Source: Isurus oxyrinchus
Lineage: Eukaryota
Length of the DNA stretch: 64,000 nucleotides
Reading direction: 5' to 3'
Assembly (NCBI GenBank): GCA_026770705.1
Contig: JANJGN010000013.1
Location: 58,652,001-58,716,000 of the forward strand
A program made the position numbers and the translations under genes. This document shows positions 24,720 through 37,739 of this stretch, piece by piece (position 1 is the first letter of the stretch; each line of letters starts with the position of its first letter). Below the pieces are notes generated by a model, which worked only from the letters and a program-made list of their open reading frames with translations, did no database searches and was not told the origin of the DNA.

Positions 24720-24844
24720 TTAACGCCAATCAGAAGCTGCCAGATCCTCGCTGTGTGTCAGATATATCCCAATCTAACAGAATGATAAAGAATTGTTTTC
24801 GTGATTGTATTTCTGCATGCTTCGATATATTAAGGAAAAGAGAT

Positions 24845-24985
24845 TGACACAAACAAAGGGAACATGCTATGGATGCTGGAAATCTGAAAGTTGAAACAAA
24901 AAGTACTGGAAATGCTCAGTAGGCCTGGCAGTGGAGGGAGAAACAGAGTTAGGGTTTCAGGACGAAGATCTTTCTTCAGGAATGA
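24845..24985 (-). mobile_element. Old PLE-related terminal fragment with a degenerate hammerhead
   Basis: GGATGCTGGAAATCTGAAA..CTCAGTAGG tail; minus strand CTGAAGA..GAAA..AACTC. Confidence 0.55.
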
Positions 24986-25689
24986 ACGCTTGCTTTTTTA
25001 TACACCTTTTGACACATTTTCATTTAATTGCATGTTTTTCTTTGCAGTATTACAGCACTTAATTCCTAAAAATCTTTCATGATTATGTTTCAATATTCAA
25101 GACAATTTTAGTCACCAAAGATGAACAAAGATAAATATTCCACATAAAACTGTACGCCTAAAGTCATTCCGAAAATATGACCTCAAGACAGAAGCCACTT
25201 TTTGTCTAATTTAATTTTTTTCAATTTTCATTTTACTTATGCATTTATTTTTGCTTCAGAAGATTTAGATATTATTTAGGATTTATTGTAGCTCTCTGAT
25301 ACAAAGCGCCACACGGATAAAACAATTCACTGTAAATTATTTCAGAGCATGTAGTTTTGGGAGTCAATTCCGACCATCCTGTGTGCCTATTGGTTAACAA
25401 ATTAACCTGATATTCTTGCGTCTTTGGGCGTTTGTCAGAAGTACGCAAAAAACACATGACCTTGAAATGATGACACTCTATTTGATATTACATTTGATTT
25501 CAACGCAAACGAAAGCCTTCAATCGTGTTTAACCCCCGGCAGAATGATTAACTTACCTATTACACCATCGTCTAAAGTGAGAATTAGCCCCAGGAGCATG
25601 TTAGAGGAGGTTGGTGCCTGATGTCACAAATTCTTATAATTTTGCAAAGAGTGGGCAGCAAATCTGAGCTTTGGGAGTGTTCCAGCAAA

Positions 25690-27570
25690 GAGAAACTAAA
25701 AAGTTGATAGAAAGGCGCAAAATGGATTTTGAGAGTAAACTAGCCAGGAATATAAAAACTGATTGTAAGGGCTTCGCAAGTGCATAAACAGGAAGAGAGA
25801 AACCGAAGTGAACATTAGTCCCATAAAAGAAGAGTCAAGAGAAATTATCATGGGAATGAAGAAATGGCAGAGGCATTGAAATAATATTTTGTGTCTGTCT
25901 TCACAATAGAAGACACATGTTACAAAACAGAAATAGAGGGTAACCCAGCAGGCTAATAAGAGTGAGAAAATCACGGTATTTAATATAGGCAGAAAAATTA
26001 CTGTAGAAACTCAAGGGACTACAATCCGAAAAATCATCGGGGCCTAATAGCCTATATTTTTGCGTTCGAAAATAGATAGTTGCAACTATAGTGAATGTGC
26101 CAGATATGATTTTCCAAAATTCCCCAGACCATGGAACGGCCCCAACAGATTGGAATTTAACAAATTTGTAAGATTATTAGGTTACTAACAAGAATACTAA
26201 TCGTTAAAATCTAAATTTATTATAAAAGACTAACGCCCAACCTTGTACTTTACTAACATTTTATTAGATCATCTTCTTTGTAGAATAGTATAGTTGGAAA
26301 ACTTAGGAAGCACAGTATAGAAAAGATGCCTAGGTGGATGGATTAACGGAGTAAATGACAGGTTATAAAGAGCTTGCACACAATAAAAATCACGGGAGAG
26401 ATTGAAGGCTGTCTGTGAAAAACTGCTTCTTTCTCTCTGTCAGATAAGATACCATGGCATATAAAAGCATTGAGATGCAGAAGTCATTGTTTGCAAAAAT
26501 ATGTAAGGTTAGCAAAAGCCACATAAACTATTCTTGCTTGGTCAAGGCAAATGTCCTCACACAAAGGGCAGAATATCACGGGGCTGATGGGGGGTGGGGG
26601 TGGGGGGGTTAATTGGATAACAGGCAGAATAAAGAATATCCTGAGTTTGCCCTCCTCTTGGCGGAGAGTAAGACCATCCAGAGACAAGAACAAAACAAGA
26701 CAAGGGACAAAAGAGAAAACGAGCAAGAAAGACTCGAGGACCAAAGGACCCAAAGCTGCGGGGGAAACTATTATGTGTGCTCTGCCGTTCAAACCTTGGC
26801 ACGGAAGTATATTCGGCATTAAACTATAAATCACAGCCCGAGTTTGTTGACATACTTTATCTGAGAACTTAATAAACTTGTCCTGACATTGTCCCCATAA
26901 GATCTGTTCACAACAAAGCATTTCTGCTAAGTCTGTTCCTGTGTGAAGACTCCAAAAATCTTACCCTGGTCATTTAAGAAAGAAGGGAGAAAGAAAACAG
27001 TTAGCCTGACATCAGTCATTGAGACAGTGCTGGAATCTATTATTAAGGAAGTCTTAACAATGCAGCTTAAAAAGTGCTGCATGATTAGAGCAATTCAACA
27101 TGGTTTTACTGCCAGTAGGGCAGTAAAGGAGAACTAGTAGTCCCAGTATACTTACATTTCCAAAAGACATTCAATAATGTCCCACACAAAAGATTAATGC
27201 GCAAGATGAAGTTGGAGGCGATATCAGCTTAGATAGAGGATTGGTAATGGACATGAAGCAGAGATTAGGGATAAATGGAACATTTTTCAAGGTGGTCGAC
27301 TGTGATTTGTGGAGTGCAACAAGGATTTGTGCTGGATCCTCAGCCATTTACAATCTGTAATGATGCCTTAGACGAAAGAGTAAGAGTAAAGTATCTAGGT
27401 TTGCTGATGATACAAAACTAATTGGGAATGCAAGCTGTGAGGGGGACACAAAGAGGCTGCAAAAATGTATAGACGGATCGAATGGGCAACAAGGTGGTAC
27501 AGGGAGTATAATTTGGGAAAATGAGAGATTATCTACCTAGGTTGGAAGAATTTGATGACAGAGTAGTTTT
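25690..27570 (+). mobile_element. Degenerate CR1 LINE interrupted by an LTR-like insert
   Basis: VSLTSV and IQHGF motifs, FADDTK-like at about 27400; similar to 5070-6870. Confidence 0.8.
26167..26965 (+). mobile_element. Probable solo LTR
   Basis: Begins TGTAAGATT and ends AATCTTAC (inverted termini); AATAAA near 26870; splits contiguous CR1 sequence; no clear TSD. Confidence 0.6.
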
Positions 27571-27734
27571 TAATGGCTTTAAAATATTTAAAACCTTTGT
27601 AGACTCTTTAGGCCCTGTTTGCAACGAACCTTCCTATCTACCCTTGTGTCAGTATCAAATTTAGCTACCATACATTCAGTTATTTCATCCAAGTCATTGA
27701 TATAGATTGTAAATAATTGTTTAATTTGTAGGGT

Positions 27735-28025
27735 GTCACTGGCTGTCTAGGCCAGCATTTACTGACCATCCCTTGTTCAGAGGGTTCATTTAAGAGTCAC
27801 ATGTAGGCCAGGTCAGTTCATTCCCTAAAGGATATTAGTGAAATCTAGATGGGCTTTTATGACAATTGGCAGTGGTTTCATGGTCATCATCAGACTTTTA
27901 ATTCCTGGTTTTTATTGAATTCAAATTCCACCATCTACCATGGTTGGGATTTGAACCTGGGTTGCTTGAGCATTACACTGGGTCCTCTGAATTGCTAGTC
28001 CAGTGACAATGCCACTATGCCATCC
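27735..28025 (-). mobile_element. tRNA-derived SINE with intact Pol III boxes
   Basis: Minus-strand head has A box TGGCATAGTGG and B box GGTTCAAATCC, followed by the shared core. Confidence 0.75.
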
Positions 28026-28059
28026 TCTCCCCCTCCTCTGCCTAGCCAACACTAGCTCT

Positions 28060-28640
28060 TTGAGGCCTGAACACTAACCCCTGTGACATTCCACTAGTTA
28101 TCAACTTACCAGCAGGTTACCAACTTGAAAATCACACATTTATCATTATCCTCTGCTTCCTGTTGTCGAACCAATGCTTTATCTCTGCTATGTTAAACCT
28201 ACACCAAAAGCTCTTATTTTTCGTTGTAACCTTTCATGTGGCACTTTATTGAATGCACTTTGGAAATTAAGGTAGACTGCACCTAGATGTTCCCTATTAT
28301 CCACCTTGATAGTCACTTTCTCAAGGAACTTCAATAAATTTGTCAAACACGATTTCCCTTTCACAAACCCATGTTTACTCTGCCTGATTATATTGTTATT
28401 TTCTAAGTGTCCTGTCAATACCTCCTTAATAATGGATTTTAGCATTTCCCTATGACAGATGTTAGGCTAACTGGCCTGTAGTTTCCTGTTGTTGGCCTCC
28501 CTCCTTTCTTCAATAGATGTGTTAGATTTGTGACATTCCAATCAGCTGGGACCTTTCCAGCATCTGAAAGATTTTGGAAGATTGCAACTAATACATCTAC
28601 AATTTCTGTGGCCATTTGTTTTAAGACCCTAGGATGCAGA
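28060..28640 (-). mobile_element. CR1 LINE RT fragment
   Basis: GNYRPVSLTSVIGK and HGFVKGKSCLTNLL..AFNKVPH in the ORF track. Confidence 0.88.
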
Positions 28641-29779
28641 TAATCAGCGTAATGTAACAATATGGCCCAATCAATAGTGACAGCCATTACAGCCTGAAAA
28701 TTTAAGTCAAATTTCAGCACTTCCCTAAAAATACCTGTCTGCCTTAACTTTGGGGCTCAATATCCCCTTATCCAGATATGCAGTTTGCATTTAATAATTA
28801 CTCACACCATCAGATTTCTAAATTGCTTGGTTACTGCAAATTTCAAATTTACTCCGATTACTGCATTATGAAAGACAACATTCTATAAAACAAGACAGAT
28901 GCTAGTAAATGAATAAAATGATTGGTTTTAATTGAAACAATCCATGATATTTTTCACACCTTGAACACCTCCACATTTCAATGAAGGTATTGTATGACCA
29001 TCTGCGTAAATGTTTCCCTGAACCATGTGGAATCCTGCAAATCCATCAAATCATAAATTTTTCTGCCTATATTTTCTGGAAATAGGGAGTGTTATATTGC
29101 CATTGGTCAGGGCGTATAAAGCCACAGAGACCTCCTTTATGCAGAGTGCACAAGTGCCTGTGAGATGTGACTTAAATCAGGTGCAATTTGGATGGTTCTA
29201 GACGAATAAAAATTAAATGCTGCTGTTATGTTAACAACCACAGGCAATGTCGTGGCAGGCACCTGTGTCTTCGCTCCACGAAGTACGAGACCACTGACGG
29301 CTTCCCTGGTAAATCTCTCATGCACACGTCTTGGGTTAATTACTTTGGCTGCTTGATGGCTTGCAGATAGTTTCAGAGCCTGGTTCTCAGGCTGGCTGCC
29401 GACTGATGGTTCCAATGAACGTGCTGGGACCTAGGGTAATAAGGACACAGTCCCTGAAACCGTCTGTTTTCACATGACATCTGAGATAACATTTCTGAGA
29501 CCCCCCAGTCTAGTTTGGAAAGGGAGACCCTTGTGATACAATGGAAAGTTAAGTTTCCATATTTTCTTTTGTACAGTATGAAACATGAACAGAAGCAGTT
29601 AGGAAACTCCAAAGGCTTTAGGTCTCCGCCCATCCTTAAATTAGGAGATGCATGAATTTCGCAGATGGCTCTGAGACCCTCACCTATGTTCATATTTAAG
29701 TAGGCATTCGCTTGAGACATGTTACTGTCTGTAGTCCAAATGCTAAATGTCACATTACTTGTGGAGCCACCTTAACAAT

Positions 29780-29920
29780 GAAACAAAAGCAAAATACTGC
29801 GGATGCTGGAGGTTAGAAATAAAAACTGAAAATGCTGGGAAAACTCAATAGGTCTGGCAGCATCTGTGGAGAGAGAAATAGAGTTAACGTTCTGAGTCCA
29901 GTATGACTCTTCAGTGGAAT
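29780..29920 (-). mobile_element. Old PLE-related terminal fragment with a degenerate hammerhead
   Basis: AAAATACTGCGGATGCTGG..CTCAATAGGTCTGGCAGCATC..GAGTTAACGTT..GAGTC..GACTCTTC. Confidence 0.6.
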
Positions 29921-29934
29921 GGAAAGAGGTAGTT

Positions 29935-32450
29935 TTATAAGAGCGTAATAAAGAAAGTGAGATGCAAAGGCACAGAAGCTGAGGGAGGGGATTCCAGAGT
30001 CTATAGTGGAGCAATTGATATGGAGAATGCACAAGACACCAGAATTGGAGAAGTACAGAGACCTTGGACTTTTATACGGCTGGAAGAGGTTAGAGACAGG
30101 AAGCAACGAAGGCATGGGGAATTTGGAAACAAGGATGTATATTTTAAATCGAGGCATTGTTGGACAGGGCGTCAATGCAGACATAATATGGATGGGGTGA
30201 ACAGCACGTGGTGTGAGGTAGAATAAGGACAGTGTGAGTTAGAATAAGGACATAGAGTGTTGGCTGAGTTCAAGTTAATGAGGGGCGGAAGGTAAGAGGT
30301 TAACATAGAAAGTATTATTATTGTCAAGTCTATATGTAGCAAAGACATGGGTCAGAGTTTCAGCAGCATATGACCTAAGACAGACGTTGAGTCATAACAA
30401 GCTGGACAATGGAGAAGGCCCGTTGGAGGATGATCGCAAAGCAAAGGCTCCAGACAGGCTCAAAAAGATGAGGAGGAATAGTTTTAAACTGTCACAATGT
30501 CAGAAGATATCATTTGACTCTTTTGGGGCATGGGTAGAGACCTGATAGCAAGTACAGCTATGGAGTTCCAGAAACGATAGGCACGGACTTGGCAGGTAAA
30601 AAACGCATTCAAGAACTTTGAAAAGGAAAAGGAGATTGGAGATGGAACAATAGATGCAAATACAGAGTAGTCAAGTATATATTTTAAGAGTGCTTGCAGC
30701 GACAGCTTTTAGGGAAGGTGGCAGTGCTGGATGAGAGATCCCATTCGTAATATCAGTTAACATGGAGGCATGGAAGAGAACTTGGTGAAGTCAGTGGTTT
30801 GGTGGGAATTGGGAGCTGAATATGAGTCTCATGGACAAGCTGAGTTCAGACCGAAAAGAGTTGAAATAGGCGAGAAAATAAAGTAAGTTGTGACTTCAGG
30901 TGTAGAACAATGGGGAAACAATTGTGGTCGCCATGTAATAAAATGTCTTATATAGAGGCAATGGAGAGTGGTTGCAATGATGATACTACAAATGCAAGAT
31001 ATGCTCATCAGGAATGGAGGAACAGATTTGGTCTCTTTTTTCTTGAAAAGGGAGGTTTGAGGGTGAACTAACAGAAATCTAACATTGTGAAAGGATTTAA
31101 TAGGGTACACACTTGTGACGTAAAGCTAAACTAGAATACTTAAGTTAAAGATAGTCACCCATAAATCAAATAGGGAATTCAGAAGCAACATCTTTATCCA
31201 AGCAGAGGTATCACAGCACGTGGATGTAGAAATAGTAATGCTTCTGGCTTTTTTGGCCAGTGGATGATAGGGAAGTAGCAGACGTGGCTGGATAGGTGCT
31301 GTCTCATTTAGCAAGCATTCCATGAGCCCTTCGCACTTGCTGGAGGTGATGGTAAAGGGTGTAGGAGAGAGGGATTTAAGGAGATGGATTATAGTGGAGA
31401 AGAGAAATGGCAGTTATTTTGCCATTAAGCAGTTTTGGCAGGGAAAAGCAGGCCCCAATAAGAGTATAAATAGTCCATTCAGATAGGGTAATGAACAACT
31501 AAACCAATTGTTTCAATCTATATCTCTTGAATTTAAGAGGGCGGAGATGAGGGCTGTACCGAGGGAAATCACCTGAGAAATAATGGTGGTTTCAGCGGAA
31601 GTAAGAGAATCAAAGTTGGAAATTCAGGTGTGGTTGAGCAGTTGGCAGTTGCAGAAAACTTATGATGAATGGTGGAATTTGAGACTTGTAAAATGCTAGT
31701 GTAGCTTACTTGGGGAAGAGGTATTTCCAGGGATAGACACCAAGGGAAATGAAATTTGGAGAGGAAATGGAAAGTGAAGAAGTCAATAGAAAGGGAGAAG
31801 TGATGTGATCTGGGATGGCCTTATTTGTGATTGACGCAGTAGGAGTAGAGATGCAATATGACAAGATAAGGTCGACAGCGTGGACGTTAATATGTGTATG
31901 GCCCTTTACAAGGAGGGAGTATTCACGCGGTGGTGTTGAATTTGGAGGAAAAGAGGGTGAAGAGCTGAGATACAGATTGCAATCAACGAGGATGATGAGT
32001 CACTCGGTGTAGAGGGTAAGAGAAGAAAGTAGTGAAGTTGTCTTAGTGAGAAACTTGCATGGTAACTGGTTGAATGGTCAAGAACAGTGAATTTAAAGGA
32101 CATACTAGAGGGTTAGAACTAGCTAATCTCAAAGAAAGATCAGTGTTCCAGAAGGATAGAGGGCCAGTTCAAAGTATATTTGGTCAGTGACTTTCGCCAC
32201 CACTGTGACAGTGCGAATTGAGCAAGCGCAGCAACGTATAGATAGGTGGGAAGCCATCATCAGTCAGGTTACCATAAATGCCATGTTGTCGATTAAATCA
32301 TTCAGAATTAACTTCTGGATAACAAGAGCCTTGCTCAAAATTGCAATGAGATGGGGAAGATGATTGATGATTCTATGGCGAAGTCCACAGTGTCGGTGCT
32401 GGCAGCAGTAAGTATGATAGGTAGAAGATTAGCCCTTCAGATTATTGCCA
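29935..32450 (-). mobile_element. Highly degenerate L2-type LINE
   Basis: Minus strand has pyrimidine-rich L2-like 3' sequence and endonuclease-like remnants; no long ORF. Confidence 0.5.
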
Positions 32451-32706
32451 TGGAAAGATAGCAGGAAGAGTAGCATGGAGTATGTGAGGCTGCTACAGGT
32501 TAGCAAGCAGCGACAAGCACAATGTCATGATAATAAAGGAAAAATCACCGAACTGCGTCAGGAAATATTGGACTTTAAAAATAAGACCCGAGTTTTTAAA
32601 ACAGGCACACATGCCATTGGCTGGAATGCTGCAGGGTGACTCCCTAAGAGGTAATGGGCCCCCATTCTGTTGCCAGACAAGGCACTTCTAATGACATCCA
32701 GAAACT

Positions 32707-32786
32707 AATTACCTGGAAAAATTCAGCAGGTCTGGCAGCATCGGCGGAGAAGAAAAGAGTTGACGTTTCGAGTCCTCATGACCCTT
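32707..32786 (-). mobile_element. 80-bp solo fragment of the young PLE terminus
   Basis: Near-identical to 4478-4557 (AATTACCTGGAAAA..CATGACCCTT); truncated inside the hammerhead. Confidence 0.85.
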
Positions 32787-35663
32787 AGGTTGAAATCGTG
32801 ACATTGATTGGACCTTAGCCTATTCCTTGATAATTTAGAAAATGACTGCAAGTTAGTTTGTTGCCAATCGTTAATGGATGTGGCTTCACTAATTAGGCCG
32901 TCAGTTACTGCACATCCCTAATTGCTCTTGCGGGTTTGTTGATGTGCTGCCGATGTGGAGTTTGTACACCCACAGTGTTTTACGGGAGGGACTTCCAGGG
33001 CTTCAACCTAGCAATAGTAAGGGAAGGCTGATTTGATTTGGATGAGTACGAATTTGTCAGACTGCGGCTTCACTGGCCTGTGAGACAACTCTCTCAATAT
33101 TGATACAAGTATCTACATATTAGTGAGGAGGACTTTGCAGAGTTGACCGTGCTGGGTGATATACCCCGTGCCTCGGGTGATGTCGGGTGGTCCGTCCACG
33201 TTTATTCTTGTTGGACCTTTCCGTAATTATATACTGCACATAAACATATTCCTTCACTTGCTCGCCTTGGATTAGTGTGAAGAGCTCATCGACTTCTTTG
33301 ACACTGGGGTTTAGACCGTCTGCTCAGCTACCTTTTGCTTCTCCTTTCCCCTCTCTCATATTCTCGATTCTTTAACTTGCTCCAGTTTTGCTTATCCTTT
33401 TCCCTCACGCATTCTCTAATCTCATATTGACCAAGTGAACAACGTTTTGTTCAACTGACATATTCTTAGTAACCTCCTGACCATCCTGCTTCCCTTCTTC
33501 ACTTGCAGGCCAGTCAACATATTAGTACATTCTTCCCAAGCACTTGCCTCTCCCTCTGTAAACTGCTACCATCAAACTTGTCCTCAGGAAACCTGCACAT
33601 GGCCTGTCTGTCCTTGCAGGCTACAGTGTCGTCTCAAACTTCCCTTTTCACTTCAATGTCCTCCCAAATTCTTGCCCATCTTTTCCGCAAATCCGTGTTT
33701 GAAAATCCATAATTAGATTTCCACGCCTGACACAACACAACAAAGCCACAAATGTCATACTCTGTGACTGTGCATGTTGTTGAAAATTCATCTTTTTCTC
33801 GGCTGCTCCATAGCCTTTGTCATAGTTGACCACGCCGTCTTCTTCCAAAGTCGTCATTTTCCCTCGTTCCACTGTTACCAAGATAAGCATCTCCAGATAA
33901 CCTTTAGCGACGGATTCTCTTTCCACTCATATTGCTACTTCTGGATTCCTGCAAAGATTTGTTTTTGGACCCTGGCGCTTCATTCATGCTTGGTACCATT
34001 GTCTGAAAACTTATCTTCATTTCCACATGTACGCTGGTGCCACGAAGCACTGCCTCTCCAGCACCTCTCCGACTGCTGCAGTGGCAATGCATTGCCAGAC
34101 TGCTTGCTTAATCCAGTCCTGAATGGGCCACAATTTCAACCACTTAACCATTGGGAAAACCAAAGCCATTTTGTTCAACCTCAAGAATAGAGTATGTACG
34201 TTGCCAGCATCACAGTTAAAAGTGGAGGTAGCATGGGAATTAAATACGATAAAACATAATTGAAGAGAGTTCGGTATCTATAAGTTTGGCAGCACCTCGA
34301 GTAGTAGAAGCCAATCGGTTGGGATCGGATGCAGCCTAGGTTGCTGAGGGAAGTATGATTGAAATTGCGAGGCTCTACCAACCATCTCCTGATTCTCCTC
34401 AGATTTGGGAGTGGAGTCAAGGGGCCAATGTTAAATTTTTATCCAAAAAAGGAGAAAGGGATAAACTCTGCAACCGCAGAGCAGCCACCTAACATCGGTG
34501 GTGGTGAGAATTTTCCGGATAATGACCCTGAAAGATCATTACTTGAAAAAAACACGGATTAATAAATTAGAGTCGGCACAAGTTTGTTACGGTTGTGTGA
34601 ATGGACATTCAAATGAATTTTTAAAAAATGTTACATAATAGATGTGTTGGCAAAATTGTAGCCCATGGGATGAAAGATGCGGTTGTTGCATGAAAGCGAG
34701 ATTGGCTGAGGGACAGAAAGCAGACGGGAATGGTAAACGGGTGATTTTGTTCAGAGAGGAGGGAAATGTACGCTGGTGTCTTACAGGACTCACTGCTGGG
34801 CTGATATCTCTTTCTGAATATCTTTTGAAAGCCTGGACTTGAATACATAGAGCATAATTTCAAAGTTTGTTAATGGCGCGGAACTCAAAAATATGAACTG
34901 TGCAGACGGGCAACAGACTTCAGGGGGCAATGTCAACTCAGAGGTATAATTTTAAAGGGGTTACAGGAACAGAGAGACCTCGCTCGTTACATATGTATGT
35001 CTTAAAGGTGCCAGGACAGCTTGAGGAAGCTGTTAAAATGCACAGGAGCTATTGGCGTTGCAATAATAGTAAAATGAAAACTCCAGCAGAGTAAAACGGA
35101 CTTCCGATTCACTATCGCCGATTTTGTCCCTTTGCTCAAGAACAACTCACCCACAATGAGTTGGGAAATATCGATGAGTAGATTCAACGGCGCAGCAGCA
35201 TCTACACATCACACATTACATATTTCTTTTTCTTGTAAAGTAACTTAGCACCCTCCTTCATGAGCATTGAAAACACTGCAACCTAAAAAATCTGAAAACA
35301 ATTGCATTATCGATTGGACATCTTTTACATCAGAAATAAAAACCTTTTTGAAATTGAAATCCGTTCAATCGTTTTATTGAACAGCTGTAATGGAATAGAT
35401 GAGCAGTAAGAAAATACGTAGAAAATAAGAATCTAACTAACATAATTAGATGCATATAAGCTGCCAAATTGATATTGAGATTTCAGTTAACACCAACAAT
35501 CCTTCGCTCAAATGCTTTTAAAATCAAGAAGATTTAGTTCTAAGTTCATTATGATTTTTCTTAAATCTCCGAAATGCAATAACTTTCTACCATTTTTGTC
35601 ACATGCAAGAAACGAACGTCGATTAACAAACATTCTCAACTGGGCCAAGTGCCGTTTCCATAA

Positions 35664-35981
35664 CCAAATACAGCTGGATCTCGAGATGCCTGTTTGAAGC
35701 GGGTTTGCCTGAGTCTCGTGTTCAACCACACAGGAGTAAAGCTCGTGTGAGTTCCACTCTGAGGCTGACAGAGTCAGATAACTGTTCACACTGAAAATGT
35801 GTCCCCTGCTAGATCCGATTGGTCTCAACCCCATTGCCTCTGACACTGCCATCCACAGCCCATTCAATCTCCACAGCTCCCGGGTTAAAACCCCTCACCA
35901 AATACACCAGAGTCGCCGTGTCCTTTTCCGTGATTTGATCCGATGAAGGCGGAAGGAGGGAGACCGATGGTTCCTGAGGAT
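35664..35981 (-). pseudogene. Orphan IgL type II/lambda constant pseudo-exon C3
   Basis: Acceptor AG 35983-35982. First Cys changed to Tyr (TLVYLV), in-frame TAG after NRI, then a frameshift; native stop changed to TGG; AATAAA 35373-35378 (-). Confidence 0.92.
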
Positions 35982-36799
35982 CTGTTGAAAAAATAACCAC
36001 GTGCTGATAGTGTTTGGAAATTGTTTCTGTTGCAGCACAATATTTGTTCAAAGTAATATAATTAGCATTTCATCAATACATTCAGCATAATAAATAAATC
36101 TCTTTGGATTATGTACACTTCAAAATATTACATACATGTTAAGGACACTAACCATATGCCAACTGAAGTGCTTCCGTCTACAATTTGCATTGAAGGTACA
36201 TTACATGGATAAATCTTGACTGTGCGCGATACTCTAGTTTACAATGGGGGGCAGCGAATAGACAGTAGTCTATACAAAATTGGAATTTTTATTTCTATCG
36301 ACTTCAATTTAATTGCAACTTAGGAGTCATACGCAATGGCAAAACCCACTTCACTGAATTTTCTATATCTTATTCTGCTTCAGTTGTTAAGTTATCAAGA
36401 GGGGAGACCACATATGATCTCAAACATAGAAGCCTCAATGTCCATAGCTTACAGATATATAGACAATGTAATACAGATAAAACATTTTGGTGCTTTGAAA
36501 TCTAACTGCTTAACACTGGCCAACGAAAATAGCATGGTACCAACACTAAGCTTGCAGTGTAACACATTTTATTTTTCTTTGAAATGCTATTTTATACATT
36601 GAAACAACTAATTCAGCCTTTCTGCGAGTCTTGTTCCTTTCGTTATTTGGGGAATAAAATCTAGTCTTCCTATTGTAATAATTCAAGCAGATTTATATCT
36701 ACCTTATTAGCCGTTGATTCAGCTTATGGAATTAAATTCCATGTCGGCCATGATCTCTACTGTTCGCAGTAAGTACAGCCCATGTAAACTAATTGGCCA

Positions 36800-37727
36800 C
36801 CTGTGGTCAGACACAGCACACTGAAACAAGTAATAGATCCGGGCAGATGCTATGGATCTCTCCTCAACTCTCCTTGGAATCTTCTCCCAAACTGACGCTT
36901 CCTCTCAAACACCTTGTGCAATGGTTTATCTACAGGATTTTGAACTCTTCTCCTTATGTTCTCTTCCCTAGGCCAACATATGCATTCAAGCTGTCTTCCA
37001 CAAACTTTGTCTCTCACCACTGATCTGTAACAGCACACCGCTGCTTCACATACCCAAAGGAAAGAGTTACAAACCTCAGTTGCCCCTTTATACGTTCTGG
37101 CCTTTGTCTCTTTAAGCTTGAAGCTTGGAGTCTTTCCCTGCTCCTCACTCTCACTTCCACAAAACAGGGCCTTTTCCAGGTTCCTGCCCTTCCTTTGACT
37201 AGAAGATCTTCTTGGGACTTTCTCCTGTTCCACTCCCCTGGATTTTTGGAACTTTCTTCTTTAGTTTGGGACTTGCTTTCTGTCCCCTTTGCTCCAGTCT
37301 CTTCCTTGTAGCTGCTTTCAACCAACTTTATCTTGAAACTGGCTATCTGCCTCTCCTAGGTTACTTCTGCCTGGCAACTGCCTTCAAAACCAACTGAAGT
37401 CGAACAGTTTCCAAATCAAACTATTGTTTCTCGTTTCTTCTGTGTTTTTTTGTCTATGGGAGGAAGGGGCCTGACTCTCTGGATTCATGTTGCTAAGTAA
37501 CAGCCCAATTTTTCTACTCTTGTTAGTTTAGCTTAGCTTCAATGGTCGTAAAACTCATTAGAAATGCAGGCACCTTATAAAGTGAAACTAAACCTCAACT
37601 TGACCTTCTCGTAACACACCGATACTGAAATAGAAATCAAACTTAAATTTTGAAGCTAAAACTCATTCCTAACACTCATAAATACAAATACAAAGAAAAC
37701 TTACTTAAACTGTCTCTATTTCCTGAC
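36800..37727 (-). mobile_element. Possible solo LTR
   Basis: LTR-like composition (purine-rich blocks on the minus strand) with a terminus near TTTCCTGAC at 37727; it begins where intron similarity to cluster 1 ends. No TSD found. Confidence 0.35.
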
Positions 37728-37739
37728 GCTATCACATGC

